Positions 8,663 to 17,485 of a stretch of DNA of 64,000 nucleotides are shown one piece after another; the stretch's first letter is position 1, and each line of letters opens with the position of its first letter. The position numbers and the translations under genes were made by a program. Under the pieces are notes generated by a model. The model was not told the DNA's origin. It saw only the letters and a list, made by a program, of their open reading frames with translations, and ran no database searches. The DNA is from Candidatus Tayloriibacteriota bacterium (GTDB lineage: Bacteria; Patescibacteriota; Minisyncoccia; Phycocordibacterales; PALSA-1337): assembly GCA_903857825.1 (NCBI GenBank), contig CAIOGI010000001.1, forward strand, positions 127,410 to 191,409, given 5' to 3'.

Positions 8663-9085
8663 ATGGCTAAAAAAATAATTAAAAAAGTAAAGGTTATCGC
8701 TCCCGCAGGGAAGGCGACTCCAGCTCCACCACTTGGACCTACTCTAGGACAGGCCGGTGTAAATATTGGTGATTTCACAAAGAAATTCAACGATGCTACA
8801 AAGACAATGATCGGCGACATGATCCCAGTAGTTATTACTGTATATGACGATCGTTCTTATGACTTTGTATTGAAGACCCCTCCAGCAAGCTCACTTATTC
8901 TAAAGGCAGTTGGTATAGAAAAGGGCTCAGGAAAACATGCTGTAAAGCGTGCAGGTACTATCACAAAGGCACAAGTTCGTGCTATTGCTGAAAGAAAAAT
9001 GCCAGACCTAAACGCTAGTGATATTGATGCTGCCATGAAGATTATCGAAGGTTCATGCAGATCAATGGGTGTGGATGTGAAATAA
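8663..9085 (+). CDS. rplK: 50S ribosomal protein L11
   Basis: [47 protein letters not shown]... matches the L11 N-terminal signature. Confidence 0.9.
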   Translation: MAKKIIKKVKVIAPAGKATPAPPLGPTLGQAGVNIGDFTKKFNDATKTMIGDMIPVVITVYDDRSYDFVLKTPPASSLILKAVGIEKGSGKHAVKRAGTITKAQVRAIAERKMPDLNASDIDAAMKIIEGSCRSMGVDVK

Positions 9086-9146
9086 ATTAACAGAAAAAGA
9101 TTGTATTGTATCGCAGTGTCTGCTCTACAAAACAATCTTTTTCTTT

Positions 9147-9192
9147 TATCTCATCACCCTATACTCCAAAAACAGCACATCATCTGATAGTT
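9147..9192 (+). repeat. 46-nt direct repeat, left copy (duplicated 3' end of the DHFR-like gene)
   Basis: tatctcatcaccctatactccaaaaacagcacatcatctgatagtt is identical to 13366-13411 except for 1 nt. Confidence 0.7.
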
Positions 9193-9204
9193 TTTCTACA
9201 TTTG

Positions 9205-9239
9205 TATAATTTGTTGGGGGGGGGGTTCTGGTGTATAAT
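9205..9239 (+). promoter_or_regulatory. promoter-like region with a G10 homopolymer tract in the spacer (candidate phase-variation switch)
   Basis: tataat at 9205-9210; ttgttg at 9211-9216; G10 at 9216-9225; tataat at 9234-9239. TTGTTG-17-TATAAT has the G-run inside the spacer. The ATG of the downstream surface protein is at 9259. Confidence 0.35.
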
Positions 9240-9258
9240 GTTACTAATTCATATTTTT

Positions 9259-12200
9259 ATGATGAAACAATCCTTTATTAGCATTTACGAGAGAGTAAAA
9301 GCTTCCTCTAAGCTTATAAAAATATTTCTTTTTCTAACAATTTTTGTTGGGGGATTTTTGATGGTGGGGAGAGTGGAAGCAGCGACGTATTATGTAGATT
9401 CATCAATAACTGATTCAAATATTGGAAGTTCAACTCCAGATTGTACTAACTACGATCCAGTAGCTTTTGCTTGCAGCGGAGGAACAGCTTCTGCTTACAA
9501 AACTATCGCAGATATTAATCTAAAATCTTTCTCTCCTGATGATCAAATTTTGTTTCGTAAAGGACAAAGTTGGGCAGAAACACTAACCCCCGCTTCATCT
9601 GGTACTATTGGGCATCCTATTACTTTCGGAGCATATGGAACTGGTGCAAACCCATTGTTTAACAGAACTAACTCCAGAGGTATTGATATGCCGGCAAGGA
9701 ATGATATAACAATTCAAGATATAGACTTAACTAATACAGGTGCAGGGAGTGGGGGTGCAAATATATTTGGGTCTGGAGCCTGGTCACGAATTATCTTTCA
9801 GCGAATGACATTAAGTTCGGTTGGAGATTATAATATAATAAATTTTACTTACAATGTTGCCACGACCACGATTGATTCAGTTACTGCGATATCTACGGGA
9901 TCTAGATTTATTCGTTTAACTGGACCTGTAAATAATAACATAACTATTAGTAATAGTAGTGGATCAGGAGGAGATTCTAATGGAATAGAAATAAAAAATA
10001 CTTCAAATCTTATAATAAATCAAGTAACATATAGTAATTCTTCTAACATCGCTATTTATTTAAAAGACATTACTGGCACATTGTTTCTTTCCAATATATC
10101 TATATCTTCCCCGGCACTTCAATGTATTACGCTAGAAAATGTATCTGCCACACTAACTGCGGCTGGGCTAACTTGTACATCAGCGGGGAATGTGGGACTT
10201 TATATTTTAAACAGTGCCCTTGGTTTAGGTTCTACTATTTCAAATTCTACTATTTCAAATTCTGGTTCTGATGGAGTAAGAATTAATAGTTCATCAAATT
10301 TAACATTTATTTCAGTTACCTCTCAAACAACCAGAGGTCTTTCTGGTTTTTCAGCAACAGGTTCTTGGTCAAATATTAATTATACAAATTGTAGTGCAAT
10401 AGGTAATTCTTTTGATGGTTATATTTGGGCTGGAAGCGGTTCAAACTCAACTGTAACTAACTCTTTAGCTCAATCAAACTTGGTTGATGGATTTAGTATG
10501 ATAGAAGGTTCAACGGCACATGATGTTACTTGTAATTATTGTCTAGCAATTAGTAATGGGATTAAAACAGACACATCTAGTGGTGACGGTTTTACCTCTC
10601 ATGACGGAGTATATAATTTTAATATAAATAATTCAATTGCGATTAATAATACACAATCTGGTGTTGCATTTATAGCATCGTCATCAGGTACAGTTTATAA
10701 TTCTACATTTTATAATAATGGAGGAGCTTGGAGTTCTGAAGGAGGTGGTAAGGTGGATAGTGTTCGTGGAAATATATATCTTGGTACAAGCGCTATTAAT
10801 TCAGTTACAAACACTAACTGGATATTAAAAAATAATATTTCACAAGGGGGATATCCATTTGAGATCAGAACCAATACTCTAACAGATTATAATAGGCAGA
10901 TTTTTGACTATAATAGTTATTATCACCCAGCGAATAATAACTTCTTTACTTATGGAGCCTCACCAATATCATGGCTGACATACCATAATACCAATGAAGC
11001 TAACTCATCCTATGGAAATCCTTTATTTAGTAATGATGCGGGATCATATTCCACCTCAACAGACTTTCAACTTTTACCTTTATCCCCCGCCATCGACTCC
11101 GGCACCACCACTCCCAACATGACTTCTACCACTACCGACTTTGCCGGCAACCCCATCTACGGCACCCCAGACATAGGAGCATACGAATACCAACCACCAT
11201 ATACCATAACGACAGATAATCCAGAATACACAGGAAATGTAAGAATATATGGAGACGGTAAATACAGATACACAACATCAACAACTACATCAACCACAGC
11301 AAGTCTAAAAGTAACTCCGGCAGAAGGAATATACCCAACATACCAAGCATCTACCACAAGACCAGAATATTTAAATATAAGTAACATAACATGGGGAACT
11401 AGCAAACAATGGACAGCTTCATCTACGATAGCCACCACAACCGTATACACAATAGGAGATCTGACACCAAACACATATTACACAATATCAGTAGACGGTC
11501 TAGCATCTACAACATATCAATCTAACGGAAGTGGAGTAATCACATACACATACAGTGGAGGATATTCAACTCATACATTTACAGTAACTCCAGACACTAC
11601 CTCACCATCATCATTTGCTCTATCTACACCAGTAAATAATGCAAATGTTAGTAATCCACTAACTCTAGTGTGGAATGCAAGTACAGATACAGAATCAGGA
11701 ATATCAAAGTATCAGTTATATATTGATAACACTTTGAATACAGATAGCATATCATCTACCACAAATTCCATAACATTATCAAACCACCTATCATGTGGCA
11801 CTCATACATGGTATGTAATAGCTACAGATAATAATAGCAATACTACAAATTCAGATACATTAACATTTAGAATTCCTTGTCCTTCATCTAGTGGTGGCAC
11901 CGCCCAAAGTCGAGTAAACAATCTCCTAGCTATGGGTAACACAACATTAGCTAATCAAGTTGCTCAACAATACAATATAGTAATACCAAATCAAGTAGTT
12001 ACCCCGATGACGAATATAATTCCAACCTTCTCTAGATACCTACAACTTGGTCAAATAGGTAATGATGTTAAACAATTACAGATATTCTTAAACTCCAAAG
12101 GCTATATCATATCTTCTACAGGACCAGGATCAAAAGGAAATGAAACCACTATGTTCGGCTCTCTTACAAAGAAAGCCCTTATGAAATTCCAGAAGGATAA

Positions 12201-12264
12201 CAAGATACCGTCTACTGGATACTTTGGACCGATGACAAGAAAATTTGTTAATGAGGGGAGGTAA
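9259..12264 (+). CDS. secreted cell-surface protein: right-handed beta-helix repeats, Thr/Ser-rich Ig/FN3-like region, C-terminal peptidoglycan-binding domain
   Basis: ORF 9106..12264; the probable start is MMKQSFISIY... at 9259 (N-region + hydrophobic signal, AATYYVD after cleavage). It has NxS/T-rich beta-helix coils (NSSGSGGDSNGIEIKNTSNLIINQVTYSNSS...). The C-terminus QLGQIGNDVKQLQIFLNSKGY...FGSLTKKALMKFQKDNKIPSTGYFGPMTRKFV matches the PG_binding_1 fold. Confidence 0.6.
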   Translation: MMKQSFISIYERVKASSKLIKIFLFLTIFVGGFLMVGRVEAATYYVDSSITDSNIGSSTPDCTNYDPVAFACSGGTASAYKTIADINLKSFSPDDQILFRKGQSWAETLTPASSGTIGHPITFGAYGTGANPLFNRTNSRGIDMPARNDITIQDIDLTNTGAGSGGANIFGSGAWSRIIFQRMTLSSVGDYNIINFTYNVATTTIDSVTAISTGSRFIRLTGPVNNNITISNSSGSGGDSNGIEIKNTSNLIINQVTYSNSSNIAIYLKDITGTLFLSNISISSPALQCITLENVSATLTAAGLTCTSAGNVGLYILNSALGLGSTISNSTISNSGSDGVRINSSSNLTFISVTSQTTRGLSGFSATGSWSNINYTNCSAIGNSFDGYIWAGSGSNSTVTNSLAQSNLVDGFSMIEGSTAHDVTCNYCLAISNGIKTDTSSGDGFTSHDGVYNFNINNSIAINNTQSGVAFIASSSGTVYNSTFYNNGGAWSSEGGGKVDSVRGNIYLGTSAINSVTNTNWILKNNISQGGYPFEIRTNTLTDYNRQIFDYNSYYHPANNNFFTYGASPISWLTYHNTNEANSSYGNPLFSNDAGSYSTSTDFQLLPLSPAIDSGTTTPNMTSTTTDFAGNPIYGTPDIGAYEYQPPYTITTDNPEYTGNVRIYGDGKYRYTTSTTTSTTASLKVTPAEGIYPTYQASTTRPEYLNISNITWGTSKQWTASSTIATTTVYTIGDLTPNTYYTISVDGLASTTYQSNGSGVITYTYSGGYSTHTFTVTPDTTSPSSFALSTPVNNANVSNPLTLVWNASTDTESGISKYQLYIDNTLNTDSISSTTNSITLSNHLSCGTHTWYVIATDNNSNTTNSDTLTFRIPCPSSSGGTAQSRVNNLLAMGNTTLANQVAQQYNIVIPNQVVTPMTNIIPTFSRYLQLGQIGNDVKQLQIFLNSKGYIISSTGPGSKGNETTMFGSLTKKALMKFQKDNKIPSTGYFGPMTRKFVNEGR

Positions 12265-12292
12265 AAGTAAATATCACACAAATAATTAATCA

Positions 12293-13348
12293 ATGGAACT
12301 TCACATGGAAATTGGGAGGGGTATAATTGTTTTAATGGATAATCATCAAAAATCACAAATAGTCATATATAAAGCTGAAAATGGCGATACAAAAATCGAT
12401 GTGAGATTCGATGGTGATACCGTGTGGCTTACACAGAATAACCTTGCGGAGTTATTCCAGACTACAAAGCAAAATATAAATCTTCATGCGCAGAATATCT
12501 TTGAGGAAGGAGAATTAATTAAAAATCGAACTGTCAAGGATTTCTTGACAGTTCAAAAAGAGGGAACTAGAGCCATTTCAAGAGATGTTGAATACTATAA
12601 TCTAGATTTGATCATTTCTATAGGATATCGTGTAAAAAGCTCTATAGCCACAGCCTTTCGCCAATGGGCAACAGCTAGACTTAGTGAGTATATAGTAAAA
12701 GGTTTTGTGCTTGATGATGAAAGATTAAAAAATCCAGATTTACCTTTTGATTATTTTGAAGAACTGGAAAGGCGTATTTCTGATATTCGTACTTCCGAAA
12801 AGAGGTTTTATAGAAAAATAACTGACATTTACGCGACAAGTGTTGATTATGATCCCTCAGACGAAAGAAGCATTCTCTTTTTTAAGACAGTTCAAAATAA
12901 AGTTCATTATGCTATCACAGGACAAACAGCTGCAGAAATAGTAGCAAGTAGGGTAGATAGTAAGAAAAGAAATATGGGTCTAACAAATTTTAGAGGATCT
13001 AAACCAACAAAAGAAGAGACATTAATTGCAAAGAATTATTTGAGTGAACAGGAACTGCTGGTATTGAACAATCTTGTAGAGCAGTATTTAGTATTTGCCC
13101 AAGGTCAGGCAATGCAGAGAATTCCAATGTACATGGATGACTGGATAGACAGACTGCATGGTTTCTTGAAGATAAATAGAAAGAAGATCTTGGAAGATGC
13201 TGGTAAAATATCGCATGAATTGGCAGAAGAGATTGCTCTAAAAAATTATGATGAATATAAGAAAATTGAGGCAAGAAAGGGGTCAGACGATGACTTTGAT
13301 AGGGAAGTAAATAAAGTATTGGAAACAAAAAAGAAGGGTAAAAAATAG
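12293..13348 (+). CDS. RhuM-family protein (Fic/Doc-related, mobile-element associated)
   Basis: N-terminus ...QIVIYKAENGDTKIDVRFDGDTVWLTQNNLAELFQTTKQNINLHAQNIFEEGEL is the characteristic RhuM N-terminal block. Confidence 0.55.
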   Translation: MELHMEIGRGIIVLMDNHQKSQIVIYKAENGDTKIDVRFDGDTVWLTQNNLAELFQTTKQNINLHAQNIFEEGELIKNRTVKDFLTVQKEGTRAISRDVEYYNLDLIISIGYRVKSSIATAFRQWATARLSEYIVKGFVLDDERLKNPDLPFDYFEELERRISDIRTSEKRFYRKITDIYATSVDYDPSDERSILFFKTVQNKVHYAITGQTAAEIVASRVDSKKRNMGLTNFRGSKPTKEETLIAKNYLSEQELLVLNNLVEQYLVFAQGQAMQRIPMYMDDWIDRLHGFLKINRKKILEDAGKISHELAEEIALKNYDEYKKIEARKGSDDDFDREVNKVLETKKKGKK

Positions 13349-13364
13349 TCCAATTAAGATCCTA

Positions 13365-13880
13365 TTATCTCACCACCCTATACTCCAAAAACAGCACATC
13401 ATCTGATAGTTCCTCTACTGAAATTAGATTTAATTTTACATCTAGTGGTTTATTAAAAACAGTCATACCTGTTCCAAATAGGCGAGGCTCTACGGTCATA
13501 TAGATAGTATCTACTAAGCCCGCTTCCATGAACATTGTATAGATAGTTGAACCACCGCATATGGCAACCTCTTTGAAACCACGTCCATCAAGCTCGGCTA
13601 TAAGGTCTTTTGGTGCCTTATCAGTCATTTCCACACCTTCAATAGTTGGAGTATCCTTTGGGGCATAAACTATGTTCACACGACCTGGTAGAGCTTTACC
13701 GATGGTTTTATAAGTAGTTAGACCCATTATCATAACCCCGGCATTCTTCGTTAACTGTACGAACTTCTTTTTGTCGGCACCAGAGGTCCAGACAGTAGAT
13801 GGAACAGCCTGACCACCAGCACTGGCTGGGGCAATAAATCCGTCTGCGGTATGAGCGACTATGATAAAAGGTTTGATCAT
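13365..13880 (-). CDS. dihydrofolate reductase-family protein (RibD C-terminal-domain type)
   Basis: MIKPFIIVAHTADGFIAPASAGGQ...VYAPKDTPTIEG...AICGGSTIYTMFMEAGLVDTIYMTVEPRLFG fits the RibD_C/DHFR-like fold. It sits in the thymidylate cluster. Confidence 0.6.
   Translation of the reverse strand: MIKPFIIVAHTADGFIAPASAGGQAVPSTVWTSGADKKKFVQLTKNAGVMIMGLTTYKTIGKALPGRVNIVYAPKDTPTIEGVEMTDKAPKDLIAELDGRGFKEVAICGGSTIYTMFMEAGLVDTIYMTVEPRLFGTGMTVFNKPLDVKLNLISVEELSDDVLFLEYRVVR
13366..13411 (+). repeat. 46-nt direct repeat, right copy (overlaps the true 3' end of the DHFR-like gene)
   Basis: tatctcaccaccctatactccaaaaacagcacatcatctgatagtt. The minus strand here encodes ...LFLEYRVVR* of ORF 13365..13880. 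Confidence 0.7.
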
Positions 13881-13881
13881 T

Positions 13882-14424
13882 TTATTTTAATAACTCATCT
13901 ATTTGACTGTAAAGGTTTTGTAAATCGCCATTGTTGTCTAGTGCCTTGCTTGCATGTGACATGACAATAGGGACCTCATAATCAGAATCAGCCTCATGAT
14001 CTTTCAGAAATTGTTCATAAGTTTTCTTGTCATCTCCCTTGTTTTCATTTCTTTTGATCATGCGGTCGTATCTTGTCTTAGGATCAGCATCTATTTTGAC
14101 AAGAACAAAGCCTTGTAAATCCTTCAGGTATTCAATGTCTGTTAGTCTTCTCACCCCATCAACTACAATAAGGTCGCTGTCCAATCTTTCAATATCTTTT
14201 GCGATAACTTTTGCAAGTATATTTTGGCCAAAATTTTGTCTAAGTATTGTTGACATCTGTTGCACGCTTTCTCTTGTTTTTTCTATTCCCAATCTATCAA
14301 GAATATCACGCATTACAGTAGAAAACCTACAGTCCTTCCCACCGTACTTCTCCTCAATATATTTCTTTACCGTTCCTTTTCCACTAGCTATTGGGCCGGT
14401 TAGGCCGATAATTTTTTTTTGCAT
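13882..14424 (-). CDS. P-loop nucleoside/nucleotide kinase-like protein
   Basis: Walker A motif IGLTGPIASGKGTV at the N-terminus. The size and layout resemble dNMP/dephospho-CoA kinase-like kinases. Substrate is unknown. An A9 run sits at codons 2-5. Confidence 0.4.
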   Translation of the reverse strand: MQKKIIGLTGPIASGKGTVKKYIEEKYGGKDCRFSTVMRDILDRLGIEKTRESVQQMSTILRQNFGQNILAKVIAKDIERLDSDLIVVDGVRRLTDIEYLKDLQGFVLVKIDADPKTRYDRMIKRNENKGDDKKTYEQFLKDHEADSDYEVPIVMSHASKALDNNGDLQNLYSQIDELLK

Positions 14425-14428
14425 AAAT

Positions 14429-14926
14429 TTACATGTTGGAATACGTTTCCATTTCTGAATTTAGTAATATAAAGTCGACCCCAGCCTCCTTAAATATTTC
14501 TTTAGCTCTTTTCCCCCCATGATAGTCTTTTAAGCAGACAACTCTTTTAATTCCGGCGTTAATTATTATTTTTGCACAAACATAGCACGGTACCATTTTT
14601 GTGTATATTGTAGAACCTTCTGTGCTAGAACCAAATCTTGCTGCTTGGGCTATGGCATTTTGTTCTGCATGAGTAGTCCTTATACAGTGCTTTGATTCTG
14701 TTCCATCTTCTTGAATTACTTTATGTATTTCATGTCCCGCTTCATCACAGTGTACGCATCCTGCTGGTGCACCAACATATCCAGTTGATATTATCTTTTT
14801 ATCTTTAACAATAACAGAACCACACATGCCTCTGTCACATGTTGCTCTGGTTGATACTGTTTCAGCAATTTTAATAAAATATTCATCCCACGAAGGTCTT
14901 TTGTTTTCAGTAACTTTTTTCTTCAT
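14429..14926 (-). CDS. dCMP deaminase (cytidine/deoxycytidylate deaminase family)
   Basis: HAEQNAI zinc-ligand motif and PCYVCAKIIINAGIKRV motif (H..E / PC..C). Confidence 0.8.
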   Translation of the reverse strand: MKKKVTENKRPSWDEYFIKIAETVSTRATCDRGMCGSVIVKDKKIISTGYVGAPAGCVHCDEAGHEIHKVIQEDGTESKHCIRTTHAEQNAIAQAARFGSSTEGSTIYTKMVPCYVCAKIIINAGIKRVVCLKDYHGGKRAKEIFKEAGVDFILLNSEMETYSNM

Positions 14927-14998
14927 TTAAATATTATACACTGTTATTTCTAAATAAAAAAACTAGCCCGAAGGCTAGAGTTTGATTGATCTTGAGAG

Positions 14999-15847
14999 TT
15001 ACACCGACATCTTTGCCTTGATCGGTGGATGGTGTTGATAGTTTTCAAGTTTGACGAATTTGTATATGTCGTCAGGTACTGACATTCCAGAGACGTCTAT
15101 GTCAGCAAGTGACTTTATCTCTGGATTGATCCACAACTTTGGCAGAGGAAATGGCTCTCGGGCGAGCTGTTCATTTACCGCATCAAAGTGGTCATGATAA
15201 ATGTGCGCATCACCAAGCGTTAAGATTAGTTCGTCTGGTTCAAGATTAGCCATCTGGGCTACCAAATGAAGCATCAATGCGTATGAGGCAATGTTGAATG
15301 GTACACCAAGAAACATGTCGCAGCTTCTTTGGAACATGTGAAGAGACAGCTTTCCATCGGTCACAAAAAACTGAAACATCATGTGGCATGGTGGAAGTGC
15401 CATTTCATCAAGTTCACCTGGATTCCAAGCCGTAACTATTAGTCGGCGATCATTTGGATCCTTTTTGATCCGATCAATAACCGATGCCAACTGATCTATA
15501 GTTGTGAAATCAGGTTTTCTCCAGAATCTCCATTGTACACCATATACTCGTCCAAGATCTCCTTCAAATTGGGCCTTTGGTTTCCAGTAATCAGCATTTG
15601 CATTTGGCGTCCAGATTTCACAGCCAAGTCTCTGTAGTACCCGATTGTCGCTGCATCCAGACATGAACCAAAAAAGCTCCGCCGCAGTGCTACGAAAGGC
15701 GAGCTTCTTGGTGGTGACGGCTGGAAAACCATCAGCCATGTTGAATCTGAGCTGTCTTGTGAAGACACCGCGAGTCATGCCATTGCGACCATTGCGGTCT
15801 GAACCAGTGTCCATAATTTCTTTTAACAAATTGTTGTAGTTTCTCAT
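14999..15847 (-). CDS. thyA: thymidylate synthase
   Basis: RLIVTAWNPGELDEMALPPCHMMFQFFV active-site region; the length is 282 aa. Confidence 0.9.
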   Translation of the reverse strand: MRNYNNLLKEIMDTGSDRNGRNGMTRGVFTRQLRFNMADGFPAVTTKKLAFRSTAAELFWFMSGCSDNRVLQRLGCEIWTPNANADYWKPKAQFEGDLGRVYGVQWRFWRKPDFTTIDQLASVIDRIKKDPNDRRLIVTAWNPGELDEMALPPCHMMFQFFVTDGKLSLHMFQRSCDMFLGVPFNIASYALMLHLVAQMANLEPDELILTLGDAHIYHDHFDAVNEQLAREPFPLPKLWINPEIKSLADIDVSGMSVPDDIYKFVKLENYQHHPPIKAKMSV

Positions 15848-15919
15848 GAGAATATTGTACTTTATATCTATCAGTAGTGTCTAGTATAAATTACTAATAA
15901 TAAGTGTTAAAATTGTTAA

Positions 15920-16342
15920 ATGAAAATCAAAGTCAAAAAACTCTATCCTGATACGAAAATGCCAACCTACGCTCATCCAGGTGATGTGGGTATGGATCTT
16001 TATTCTAGAGAAGATTATGAGCTTAAGCCTGGAGAGAGAAAAATATTTCCTGTTGGATTTGCTTTAGAATTTGAACATGGTTATGCCGCAATCGTAAAAG
16101 ACAAAAGTAGTTTGCCAAAGAATGCTGGCATTCATACTATGGGAGGAGTCTTCGATCCTGGGTATCGTGGAGAATACAATGTTCAGCTTATAAATCTTGG
16201 TAATGAAATATATAAAATAAGTAAAGGTGATAAAATAGCACAAATAATTGTCTATCCTATAGTAATAGCCGAACTCGAGGAGGCGAAGGAGCTCGGGGAG
16301 TCGAGCAGAGGAGAGGGGAGATTTGGAAGTACGGGGAAATAA
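15920..16342 (+). CDS. dut: dUTP diphosphatase
   Basis: GDVGMDLYS, GGVFDPGYRGE, and the C-terminal RGEGRFGSTG motif V. Confidence 0.85.
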   Translation: MKIKVKKLYPDTKMPTYAHPGDVGMDLYSREDYELKPGERKIFPVGFALEFEHGYAAIVKDKSSLPKNAGIHTMGGVFDPGYRGEYNVQLINLGNEIYKISKGDKIAQIIVYPIVIAELEEAKELGESSRGEGRFGSTGK

Positions 16343-16351
16343 AATAAATTT

Positions 16352-16987
16352 ATGCCACAAAACAAACCAAAATTTATTGTAATAGAGGGAGGCGAAGGAT
16401 CCGGTAAAAGCAGTATGTTGATAAAGCTGAAAGAAAAGCTTGGTGATAAGATCGTGACCACTAGAGAGCCGGGAGGTTCGCCGTATGCTGAAGCAATAAG
16501 AGAGGTTGCAAAAAATAATCCTCTAGCAAAGACTGCACCAACAGAGACCACTTTATGTCTAATGTTTGCAGCTAGATATGACAATCTCGCAAATATGATA
16601 ATACCAACCATAGAAAAGGGTGTGTCAATTATCGCAGATAGATTTGATGCTTCGTCGTATGCATATCAAGTTCACTCTCAGTCCGGCGGAGGCCTCGAGG
16701 GTTTATTTTGGAAACTGCGCCAGAGAATGGTTTTGAAACCAGATCTATACATATTCTTTGATGTAAAGCCTGAGGTGGGCATGAAGCGAGCCAACTCAAG
16801 AAATCAATCCCTATTAAAAGATAAAAAATACGATCATTTTGATGATAGAGAAATGGAATTTCACAAAAAGGTGCGCGCTGGATATTTGAAATTTTTCAAA
16901 AATGTTCCTCACGTCGTGATCGATGCAAATAAAAGTATCGAAGAAGTAGAGAGGGATTTTGCAAATATGATAAATAAACTAATATGA
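16352..16987 (+). CDS. tmk: thymidylate (dTMP) kinase
   Basis: FIVIEGGEGSGKSS P-loop, DRF..SSYAYQ, and an overall Tmk layout. Confidence 0.85.
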   Translation: MPQNKPKFIVIEGGEGSGKSSMLIKLKEKLGDKIVTTREPGGSPYAEAIREVAKNNPLAKTAPTETTLCLMFAARYDNLANMIIPTIEKGVSIIADRFDASSYAYQVHSQSGGGLEGLFWKLRQRMVLKPDLYIFFDVKPEVGMKRANSRNQSLLKDKKYDHFDDREMEFHKKVRAGYLKFFKNVPHVVIDANKSIEEVERDFANMINKLI

Positions 16988-17454
16988 AACTAACAACTCT
17001 TTGCTATTTACACACAGCGTCAGATATCTTACTCGCCATGAAGAAGAAAGGGCTTGGTGTCGGAAAGCTAAATGGTGTAGGTGGAAAAGTCGAGGATGGG
17101 GAGACCGTGGAACAGGCCATAGTCAGAGAAACTTTGGAAGAAATTGGAGTAAGTATAAATGAAGAAAATTTGGAGAAAGTTGCAATCATTACCTTCACTC
17201 ATGAGGTTAAAACAGAATGGAATCAGGAATGTCATATATTTATGGTTTCAGAGTGGGAGGGAGACCCTGTCGAATCTGAGGAAATGAATCCAGAATGGTA
17301 CTTAAAAGATAATTTACCTTTAGAAAGAATGTGGGAGTCAGATGCTTATTGGCTGAGCGATGTCTTGGGTGGAGATAGGATTAGGGCAAGCTTCAATTTT
17401 GATAAAAATATGAAGATGAAAAATGACTTTGCAATCGAGCCTCTAATAGAATAA
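16984..17454 (+). CDS. NUDIX hydrolase
   Basis: Nudix box GVGGKVEDGETVEQAIVRETLEEIGV (GX5EX7REUXEEXGU). It overlaps the tmk stop by 4 nt. Confidence 0.7.
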   Translation: MKLTTLCYLHTASDILLAMKKKGLGVGKLNGVGGKVEDGETVEQAIVRETLEEIGVSINEENLEKVAIITFTHEVKTEWNQECHIFMVSEWEGDPVESEEMNPEWYLKDNLPLERMWESDAYWLSDVLGGDRIRASFNFDKNMKMKNDFAIEPLIE

Positions 17455-17485
17455 GATTGTAGAATAATAATAACGATATACGACC

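Noticed and set aside
9106-9258. N-terminal 51-codon extension of the surface-protein ORF (MYRSVCSTKQ...)
   Set aside because: The extension runs through the promoter-like TATAAT boxes and the G10 tract and has no signal-peptide character. The Met-Met at 9259 followed by a classic signal sequence is the credible start.
14397-14424. A9 homopolymer at codons 2-5 of the P-loop kinase gene (minus strand) as a phase-variation site
   Set aside because: A/T runs of this length are common by chance in a ~33% GC genome. It encodes an ordinary Lys-Lys. Unlike the G10 tract, it is not statistically unusual.
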